Of a DNA stretch of 64,000 bases, positions 51,447 to 59,139 are shown piece after piece (the first letter of the stretch is position 1; each line of letters begins with the position of its first letter). Below the pieces are notes generated by a model. It was not told where the DNA came from, did not search any database, and was given only the letters and a program-made list of their open reading frames with translations. Source of the stretch: a virus (Duplodnaviria > Caudoviricetes); IMG/VR virus record IMGVR_UViG_3300028888_000069, positions 61,413 through 125,412 of that record. The stretch is one strand, 5' to 3'. A program made the translations under genes and the position numbers.

Positions 51447-52228
51447 TATAAACTATTTAGGAATTTTTTCCATTCAGAACTTGTACTTCTTTCAGTAGTA
51501 GCTTTGCCTTCTTTACTATATATCTTAAAGTCATTCCATCCTATAATGCCTGGGCAGATTTTTCCAGATATATCATAATGTCTTACTACATTTTCCTTTG
51601 AGATGTTATACAAGTCCATTAAATATCTTACTAGTTTTTTGGCATTTTCTATTGAAGCTTCTGTAAAATACCATCCTGCGTGATTAGCCGCAGAAGCTGA
51701 AAATCCAGGTTTTAAATTAGAACAAATTTCTATACTTATAGTATTTTTATTTGTTGCTTTCCCATAAAGTTTGCCTCCATCAGAATAAGGATTTTTCTTA
51801 TCCCCAACAGACCAAGTGTAATAGTTTCTCAAATCAGGATTAATTTGAACTATAGTTGCATCATCAACTGCAAAGTCTGCACTTGCATTTCTTTTAAGAA
51901 ATACATTTCTAACTCCCATAGCACTTCCAGGTTTAGAAGAACCTCCAGCAGTATAATGGATAGCTATGTATTTTATAGGACGATTAGGGCTTCTTGTTAT
52001 ATGAACATTAATAAAACCTTTAGTTATCTTTATAGTATTATCATCTTTAAACATTTTTGCCCAAGTCAACGACCCTACTATTCCATCTGAAACCAATCCA
52101 TTTTCAGACTGAAAAGTTTTTACAGCCTCCTCTGTCTTAGGCCCAAAGATACCATCAACTGTAATACCTAAAGCCTGTTGTATCTTTTTTACATTATCAT
52201 TTTTGTCTCCTTTTTTAATTAAATCCAT
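51446..52228 (-). CDS. Endolysin: N-terminal peptidoglycan-binding domain plus N-acetylmuramoyl-L-alanine amidase (Amidase_2 type)
   Basis: DGIFGPKTEEAVKTFQSENGLVSDGIVGSLTW is a PG_binding_1 signature; IAIHYTAG...SISIEIC-like ISIEIC...VVRHYDISGKICP carries the Zn-amidase residues. Confidence 0.9.
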   Translation of the reverse strand: MDLIKKGDKNDNVKKIQQALGITVDGIFGPKTEEAVKTFQSENGLVSDGIVGSLTWAKMFKDDNTIKITKGFINVHITRSPNRPIKYIAIHYTAGGSSKPGSAMGVRNVFLKRNASADFAVDDATIVQINPDLRNYYTWSVGDKKNPYSDGGKLYGKATNKNTISIEICSNLKPGFSASAANHAGWYFTEASIENAKKLVRYLMDLYNISKENVVRHYDISGKICPGIIGWNDFKIYSKEGKATTERSTSSEWKKFLNSL

Positions 52229-52417
52229 TTTATGTTATGCTAGTTGTGCCTGCACATCCAGGCATTCATTATAAAGATCTGTTTTATTATATCTATCTAA
52301 AAGGCCATAAACGGCTTCAGTTTCTTTTTAAATTTAAGCAAATATTTTTTAATCTGCAAAAATTACACATAATTTTTTATTTAAATGAACACAAAAGCAA
52401 TAAGTATTAATATAGAA

Positions 52418-53218
52418 TTAACTTTCATAATCTCTTATATCAATCCCATAAAGTTCTTTATAGAGATCTAATAAATCTGAGACTTCACTATTCAATTTTA
52501 AATAATATTTCCCAAAACGTATTATAACCGAATACCTATATATAGTTTGAGAACCTTGATAATAAACTTGAACAGGCTCCATCCCTGTATAATATGCAAG
52601 AACATAAGTATTGTCACTACTACCAGCTACCGTAGGTATTAAAATGGCAATTTTTGTTTTATTTTCAATAAAAGGTCTAGTTAATGTAGCAACCCATGAA
52701 CCTCCTTGAATTTCTCCATCTGATTGTATGGAAGAAGCACTTATAGAAGACCTTAAATCAACTAATGTATAATTAACTGCCCTTGTACAATCCAAAGCAC
52801 CAGTTTCGGCATTTATACTTAATCCACTACCAACTTTTACTACACCATAGTCTTCAGTAGTTGCTTTTCTTTCTAAAAGAAATTTTCCATGTACTTGCGA
52901 ATCTGTTGAATAACCCAAAGAAAGATGAGTCCATTCATCATCATTAATATCGCTCATTCTTTGCGTTTTAACAAGTCCCATTCCATCAGATATTTCACTA
53001 GAATTTAAACCGCTTTCTATAACACTTATAGTCCCATCATCAGAAACTGTTATATTATCTCCTATTTTAACATTACCTAACTTTGTTTTTGATGCGATTA
53101 GAGTTCCATCTTCTTTAATGTTATCTATTTTATTATTAACACCTTTTAATTCTTTATCCAGTGTTTCTCCGTTGCCCATTATTTCACTGGTATGGGCTAC
53201 CATATGTTTTCCTTCCAT
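52418..53218 (-). CDS. Tail-fibre-like protein (266 aa)
   Basis: Two fibre-type repeats, ASKTKLGNVKIGDNITVSDDGTISV and ATTEDYGVVKVGSGLSINAETGAL. Confidence 0.55.
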   Translation of the reverse strand: MEGKHMVAHTSEIMGNGETLDKELKGVNNKIDNIKEDGTLIASKTKLGNVKIGDNITVSDDGTISVIESGLNSSEISDGMGLVKTQRMSDINDDEWTHLSLGYSTDSQVHGKFLLERKATTEDYGVVKVGSGLSINAETGALDCTRAVNYTLVDLRSSISASSIQSDGEIQGGSWVATLTRPFIENKTKIAILIPTVAGSSDNTYVLAYYTGMEPVQVYYQGSQTIYRYSVIIRFGKYYLKLNSEVSDLLDLYKELYGIDIRDYES

Positions 53219-53231
53219 AATAAATAATTAA

Positions 53232-53987
53232 TTATAATCCAAGTTCTGTTCTTGTTAAGCCATAAGCTTCAAAACCATTAGTTAAATCTACGTTAGTATA
53301 TGATAAAATTATATATGGAGTTTCAAAATATATTGTTAATTCAATATTATATAAATTTCCACCGACATATTCTAAGTGGAAAGTATAATGCCTAGCTCCT
53401 ATTAATTGCCACTCTGTTAGATAAGGAAATGTACTTGTATCATAAGATATTATATTTCTAGCTAATAATCCTCCAAAGTTTTTATTTTTCTTAAAGAAGT
53501 TTTCTATTGCTGTTTGATCTTCAGGAATTACAGTATGATTATTAAAGTCAGGTTGTATAACTAATGTACTTACATTTGATAAATAATCAAGTTTAATTTT
53601 ATCTTCAGGAGACATAGCACCACCAGTAGTAGTAGTTGCGTACTTTGCAGCTATTTTATTTTCTGTATATGTACCAAATTCAAGTGTATAATCAGATAAC
53701 TCAGGTGTAGTTATTGCACCATTTTTAGTAGTAATTACATTAGAAATCTTTACATATTGGCCTCCTACTTCTGGTTGTTCTGCTTCCTTCCATATATACT
53801 GTGAATTATCACTTGTTGATATATACAATTTCTGTTTTTCTCCAATACGTGGGAAATTCTCTATAGAATCATATTCAACAACAAATTCTTCTGGACAACA
53901 TCTTGGCAGCCATTCCTCATCAGGTTCATAATCAGGCGGTCTTCTCCAAGGCTTTTCTGTACAACCACAATTTTTTTTCTTAGCCAT
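53232..53987 (-). CDS. Tail-fibre-like protein (251 aa)
   Basis: VVEYDSIENFPRIGEKQKLYI...YIW and ATTTTGGAMSPEDKIKLD are motifs common in Bacteroidota phage fibre proteins. Cys-rich N-terminus. Confidence 0.5.
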   Translation of the reverse strand: MAKKKNCGCTEKPWRRPPDYEPDEEWLPRCCPEEFVVEYDSIENFPRIGEKQKLYISTSDNSQYIWKEAEQPEVGGQYVKISNVITTKNGAITTPELSDYTLEFGTYTENKIAAKYATTTTGGAMSPEDKIKLDYLSNVSTLVIQPDFNNHTVIPEDQTAIENFFKKNKNFGGLLARNIISYDTSTFPYLTEWQLIGARHYTFHLEYVGGNLYNIELTIYFETPYIILSYTNVDLTNGFEAYGLTRTELGL

Positions 53988-54531
53988 TTTGATTGGTATT
54001 AATACTATTTTCTTTTTTAACTATTCCTTTCTTATTTTTTTCTAAGGTTTTTAAAGTTTCTTCTACTTCATTGGGTTCTACCCCCAATTTACTGGCTATT
54101 TCTCCAGTAAGATATTTCTTTAAAAGTCTTAAAAAAGTCATCTATGGATATAATATAAGCATCGAAGCACAGGATGACCATAATTCTATTAAAACTATTA
54201 TTGCCCCTATAATACTTGCTGATATAACTTCCCCTATCATTTTATCTAATCCTACAAAAGCACTTAAGGTGCAACCATAAATAGCTAATTTTACTATTGT
54301 TAATCTGGCTAATTCTGATAGTGTAAATTTTCCTTGTTTTACACTTACAGCAATTCCCCATGCAGCATCCATAATAGTTATAAAAACTACTAAAAAACAT
54401 ATAAAGACGTGTCCCGCAAAATAATCAGCTATAAAGGTTCCTAAAACAGTTAACCACCCTGTAAATGTGCTTAATGAAGTTGTAAGTTTTGCCCCAACTT
54501 TTGATAGAAAAGGCAACATAATTCCTTTCAA
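53980..54531 (-). CDS. Phage holin (holin-4-like), 183 aa with one internal TAG read as Gln
   Basis: Three to four TM segments (VVFITIMDAAWGI...KLAIYG...IVLIELWS). After TAG 54142-54144 the frame continues MTFLRLLKKYLTGEIASKLGVE..., the usual C-terminal tail of this family, to TAA 53980, overlapping the next start by 8 nt. Confidence 0.8.
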
Positions 54532-54624
54532 TTAAAATATAATGTGTATTATAAATTTTTTATAAATCTAACTATTGCAAACTAAAATTATTATTGCCTT
54601 ATCTTATATAATGTTTTTAATATC

Positions 54625-54825
54625 TCAATAAAACTCTTCATCTTCATCAGCAAGATTCTCTATTGCTTCTCTTCGTTTAAACCATTCCTCGTATTCTTCA
54701 TCACTCGCATCCCGCCAGTTCTCTTCTTTATCTCCTCTTCCAAGCATTACTTCCTTGCAATAGAGTCTTTCTATATCATTCATTTCATAGGCTTGAGTAA
54801 GCCACATACCTTCTTTCGCTATCAT
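54625..54825 (-). CDS. Small acidic protein after the adhesin/fibre gene (possible fibre assembly chaperone), 66 aa
   Basis: AKEGMWLTQ...KEVMLG...ENWRD...EEYEEW pattern, seen downstream of Bacteroidota phage fibre genes. Confidence 0.55.
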   Translation of the reverse strand: MIAKEGMWLTQAYEMNDIERLYCKEVMLGRGDKEENWRDASDEEYEEWFKRREAIENLADEDEEFY

Positions 54826-54830
54826 ATATA

Positions 54831-57647
54831 TTATTTAGTTAAAGTTATTCCTTTGCTTGTGATATTATCTCTCTCTGCTTGAGTCAGTGCATTATAACTT
54901 GCTGTAGACAATTTCACAGTTATATTCTGTGCAGGAGCAGAGTTGGTGTATAGACTTGCATACAATGTGTCATGTCCTGCTGATGTAGTTCCCCATTTAA
55001 CCAAAGCAGAAAAATCATAACTTGTAAGACTGCTCTTGCCAAGATTGTTGATTGTCAATTCTTCAAGTTCATCACAACCTTGAAAGATGCCAGTAATATC
55101 AGTTACAACATCAAAGTCCAAACTCTCCACCCTTTTGAGCGAAGAACAATTCCTTGCAAAATATCTGAAAGTAGTATTCTTTGAAGAGTCAAGAGCAGGT
55201 ATCTCAACCAAAGTCCTACAATAGTCAACCATACTTTGCATATTAGTTGTGTCTTCCGAGTTAATTATGTTAGGCATAGTAACCATCTTTACACACCCAT
55301 AGAACATCTCTTGCATGGTGGTGCAACTTGATGCGTCAATCTCATCAGGGAAATTCTCAAGGGATATACAATTTTTGAACATTCTTCCCATATTAACCAC
55401 ATCCTCAAATCCATCCAAAGTCCCAATTTCCACCAACGAATAGCAGTTGCTAAACATATACCTGCAATCACTTAATTTAGTTATATTACCCACTTTGGTC
55501 AACGAATAACAATCCTGAAATGTTTGATAGCCAGTTGTAGGCAAATTCCCAACTTGTTTTAACGAATAGCAGGCTCTAAAAGTATTTAAATTAAATTTCA
55601 ACCCAGTGTTCCATTCAATATCAGGAATTGTGATAAGATTCCAACACCCATAGAATACATGAGATGGCGACCCCGTAAACCCACTCCAATCCATAACTGG
55701 TAGGTACACAAGATTCTTGTCACCATTATCTGCGTCTGGCACACCATTAAATGTTCTTCCCGCTTGTCCTTTCAAAGGTAGTGCATAAGCCACGCCATCA
55801 TTATCAATAGGAAGAGTAGCACCTTTGGATAATATGTCATAGCCAAGCAAACTTATACTCGCCATTCCTACAGCACTCTCCACACTATTGGTTTCAATTA
55901 TTGTTCCATTATTGTCAACGTCTATAAGCCCCTTGTCAAATTTACCTTTCAACACAAAAGCCTCATCAGCAGTATCAAATGTGTGAACAAATACTTTGTC
56001 TATCTTATAATGTATATAAGTGTTTGTTGGCAAATTGCTGACCGTAAGCCTTAAACTAACGGAAACATTGGTAACATTAGTTAGAATAACCTGTGTAATC
56101 CAAGTAGGAACACCAATGGTGGAACTTACAGTTGTTGTTGATATAGTTGTTGAAACTTGAGTATGTGCATTATTATTGGATGGTATTGCATAATAGGCAT
56201 TAGATGGGACAGACACAACGTCATTATAAGTATTCACCCTCAATGCCACAAGTACATATCTGTTGTCCGTTGCAATTTGGTAATAATAAGGCATTGTGAA
56301 AGTGAAATTAACCGCTGATGTTGTGCATTCCACCTCTTGTTCCTCAATAAGTGTAGGAGCAACCTCATTATAATAATCTTGCACAACAACCGCAGAGTTT
56401 TTCTTGTTGTCCATCATTTGATAAGCAAGATACCCATGAGCATTGTCATATATGTAATTATCCCTATGTAAAGTGTCTTGTATATAAAGATACCCGTCAC
56501 AAGGACTTGTGTACACTCCATAGAGTCTTCTTTGCTCGTTGAGTGCCACAATCTCATAATCTGTATTTGTGTATATGAGTGAATATTTTGTAGGGGAGAA
56601 TATGTCCAACAACAACTTGTCGCCCTCTTTCACGTCAATCCTAACAAGCCTACTCCCAAGTCTTGCATATTGGTAGGCATTGATATTATTAACCTTTAAG
56701 CCTGAATTGTAAGAACTATATTCCTCATTAACTATGATAGGACACAAATCCCCAATCTCAAGAACTCTATTGCCCGCATTGTTGCAATAACCGAGTGTAT
56801 CAGTTGCATTGTTGGCAATAACACTTTCCTCACTCCACCCCTCTATTAATCTACAAGTGGCTTTAGACAAGTCAATAGGCTTATGTTGTACCCATTTGTA
56901 CACATTCATGCTGACTCCAGGCACTCTAATTCTTGTGGAATCTGAATTTGACCATATAAATTGTACAGCCATGCTTTTTACCCCCGTAGGAATGGTAATC
57001 TCGGCAGAATAGTCATAGTCAGCTGAACCGCCATAAGCATCCCCACTTACAAAATGGTTTGCCAAGCCTTGTATAATTGATTGCCAAGTGTTCCCATCCA
57101 TATCAGCCTTATTGGTGGAAGAGTCTATAATATTAGCCATGTGCATCTCTTCAACTGTAGAATCATAGAGTGCATATGCGTGTCTATCAGATATACTTAA
57201 CAATCCCTCTACTTTCCATTTTTCCCCCGCTTTAACATCAAACAAAAAGACCATAACATCTCTTGTCGGATATAGAGAACCCTCATTATATCCCCCACTT
57301 ACAGCAGTTCTTCTTATTAAGTAATTGACGTTAGTTGACGCCTTTAACCCACCATATTCCCTCAACATATCTGCCCAATAGTAAGACTCGTCGCCCAATA
57401 TATCCACGACATCTTCAGTAAGCACCTCAATAGCCTCCTGCACATTCCCAGCACCTAATTGAGTGATTGAGTCATCATAAGTGATAGATAATGCATCCGT
57501 GCTTATATTGTCTAATGCCTCTTGTACCTCCTCGTTTATTGTTTCTTGGTCTTTACCTACGTTGTCATCAACAACTTGGTCAGCAGACACTACCTTTTGG
57601 TCTTCTGCCATAGACCTAAATGTTCCATATATATTTATATTCGCCAT
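54831..57647 (-). CDS. Receptor-binding/adhesin-like protein (938 aa) with C-terminal BspA/DUF285-type leucine-rich repeats
   Basis: Repeats VFYGCWNL, TFRACYSL, TFQDCYSL, MFSNCYSL, MFKNCISL, MFYGCVKM, FARNCSSL, IFQGCDEL; C-terminal LTQAERDNITSKGITLT. N-terminal anchor-like SADQVVDDNVGKDQETIN...NVQEAIE. Confidence 0.75.
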   Translation of the reverse strand: MANINIYGTFRSMAEDQKVVSADQVVDDNVGKDQETINEEVQEALDNISTDALSITYDDSITQLGAGNVQEAIEVLTEDVVDILGDESYYWADMLREYGGLKASTNVNYLIRRTAVSGGYNEGSLYPTRDVMVFLFDVKAGEKWKVEGLLSISDRHAYALYDSTVEEMHMANIIDSSTNKADMDGNTWQSIIQGLANHFVSGDAYGGSADYDYSAEITIPTGVKSMAVQFIWSNSDSTRIRVPGVSMNVYKWVQHKPIDLSKATCRLIEGWSEESVIANNATDTLGYCNNAGNRVLEIGDLCPIIVNEEYSSYNSGLKVNNINAYQYARLGSRLVRIDVKEGDKLLLDIFSPTKYSLIYTNTDYEIVALNEQRRLYGVYTSPCDGYLYIQDTLHRDNYIYDNAHGYLAYQMMDNKKNSAVVVQDYYNEVAPTLIEEQEVECTTSAVNFTFTMPYYYQIATDNRYVLVALRVNTYNDVVSVPSNAYYAIPSNNNAHTQVSTTISTTTVSSTIGVPTWITQVILTNVTNVSVSLRLTVSNLPTNTYIHYKIDKVFVHTFDTADEAFVLKGKFDKGLIDVDNNGTIIETNSVESAVGMASISLLGYDILSKGATLPIDNDGVAYALPLKGQAGRTFNGVPDADNGDKNLVYLPVMDWSGFTGSPSHVFYGCWNLITIPDIEWNTGLKFNLNTFRACYSLKQVGNLPTTGYQTFQDCYSLTKVGNITKLSDCRYMFSNCYSLVEIGTLDGFEDVVNMGRMFKNCISLENFPDEIDASSCTTMQEMFYGCVKMVTMPNIINSEDTTNMQSMVDYCRTLVEIPALDSSKNTTFRYFARNCSSLKRVESLDFDVVTDITGIFQGCDELEELTINNLGKSSLTSYDFSALVKWGTTSAGHDTLYASLYTNSAPAQNITVKLSTASYNALTQAERDNITSKGITLTK

Positions 57648-57661
57648 AGTACTATCATTTT

Positions 57662-58489
57662 TTATGTTGTTGTTACTGAAAAATACATCGTGTGTGGGAT
57701 TATCTTGTTAGTACTACGATAGCAATAGAAATCCCCCACTTGTATAGGACTATTCATAGGCACTTGAACCGCATTGCTTATTACCTTTGCAATCGTTCCA
57801 CTTGTACATATCCACAAGTAATTAGTGCTTGGGATAACAATACTATAATCGCCAGTGTCATCCGTCACGTTACGATATTGCAAGTTAGTAAGGTTTTCAA
57901 TATCACTTTGGCTTGACAATGTAGCACCACCAATACCAATATACAAGTTACCTATTACAGGCACAACAGGAGGCGGTGTGTCACCACCACTGCCACCACT
58001 GCCACCTGAAAACGAGGTAGGCAATTGCAATTGATGTAATGTCAATTCTCCAATTATATACGTTCCATACCTACCACGTTGAAACTTATAGTTAGTAGGC
58101 TCATAACCCTCCAAACAAGCACAATACGTTTCTTTTAACGTGTAGTAAGACTTAATCCACAATGCTCCATTTGTCATGTAATCAACAAAGGCATCGTGTT
58201 GCACCGCCACGTCTATCGTATTGATGGCATACCTTTCCGATACAATGAACGTAACCTTTATGTCGGTATTCTTCGTGATAACCACAGGATTATCATTCAA
58301 ATCAAATGTGGTTATCATAAAGTCCTCTTCTTGTGTGTCATTCCATTGTTCATTGTATATGTTAACTGGTTCACCCCTTGACATCAATCCGTCAATCTTT
58401 AAGATACGCACACCATCAAACTTGCTCGTTATATCCGTGTACGTTTCCGACCCACGTTTAACATAATATTTACTACGTAAATTATACAT
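57662..58489 (-). CDS. Distal-tail (Dit)-like protein with a fused C-terminal module after a Gly/Pro linker (275 aa)
   Basis: Second gene downstream of the tape measure. GEPVNIYNEQW...HDAFVDYMTNG; linker GGSGGSGGDTPPPVVP; module YLWICT...VPM...YCYRS. Confidence 0.55.
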   Translation of the reverse strand: MYNLRSKYYVKRGSETYTDITSKFDGVRILKIDGLMSRGEPVNIYNEQWNDTQEEDFMITTFDLNDNPVVITKNTDIKVTFIVSERYAINTIDVAVQHDAFVDYMTNGALWIKSYYTLKETYCACLEGYEPTNYKFQRGRYGTYIIGELTLHQLQLPTSFSGGSGGSGGDTPPPVVPVIGNLYIGIGGATLSSQSDIENLTNLQYRNVTDDTGDYSIVIPSTNYLWICTSGTIAKVISNAVQVPMNSPIQVGDFYCYRSTNKIIPHTMYFSVTTT

Positions 58490-58524
58490 ACCACATATTA
58501 TCTTTAGTTTAGTTTTAAATTAGA

Positions 58525-59118
58525 CTATAACCTTAATTCCTTACTAAATTCCTTAACCTTTTCCGACAAACAATACTTTCCCTTTTCAACATTACAATTA
58601 TCCGAATACTTGTATATCACAACGTCCGTGTCCTCATCACAATTGTCTATCACAACTTTACTTTCGTCAAACAAATACACCCTCAATGAATTGTATCCGT
58701 CACAACATATCGTTACGTTTGATTTGTTGCTTATATATATCGTGGGACACTTTGTTTCCGCTACATTGATAGTTATGCCATTGCAATACATGAAATGACT
58801 AACATCCACGTCCAATGGCATAACATCCGACTTGTAATCCACATACAACTTGTACGAATAACCATGCACACCATCACAATCAAACAACGTTGTGTCGTTT
58901 ATATAATCCTTGTACTCTTCCAACAAGTACTCTTTGCTTAAACCGTCACCCTTGTAACAATAAGTGGCAAAGAACGGAATTGCTTGTTGTATCATAGCCA
59001 ATTCCACTAACCTTGACTTGTTACCATTTGCACCCCTCCAATAGTTTTTGTATTCTTCACACAAACCATTCGTAAGTGCGTTCTTGTAAAACATAAACAT
59101 ATCTTTGTCCATCATCAT
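58525..59118 (-). CDS. Conserved protein following the tape measure in Bacteroidota siphoviruses (197 aa); ends in TAG
   Basis: NALTNGLCEEYKNYW motif and a C-terminal beta-rich repeat (TIYISNKSNVTI...RVYLFDESKVVI...VVIYKY). Stop at 58525-58527 is TAG. Confidence 0.65.
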   Translation of the reverse strand: MMMDKDMFMFYKNALTNGLCEEYKNYWRGANGNKSRLVELAMIQQAIPFFATYCYKGDGLSKEYLLEEYKDYINDTTLFDCDGVHGYSYKLYVDYKSDVMPLDVDVSHFMYCNGITINVAETKCPTIYISNKSNVTICCDGYNSLRVYLFDESKVVIDNCDEDTDVVIYKYSDNCNVEKGKYCLSEKVKEFSKELRL

Positions 59119-59139
59119 AATCTTACAATATAAAAGGTT

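Noticed and set aside
54831-55700. Diversity-generating retroelement targeting the BspA protein
   Set aside because: No reverse transcriptase gene and no template/variable repeat pair differing at adenines is visible. The LRRs are old, divergent protein repeats.
58504-58527. TAG at 58525 as proof that the right segment uses the standard code
   Set aside because: Not decisive alone: read-through would add only about 7 residues before a TAA at 58504. The stronger evidence is the absence of internal TAG in more than 3,000 codons.
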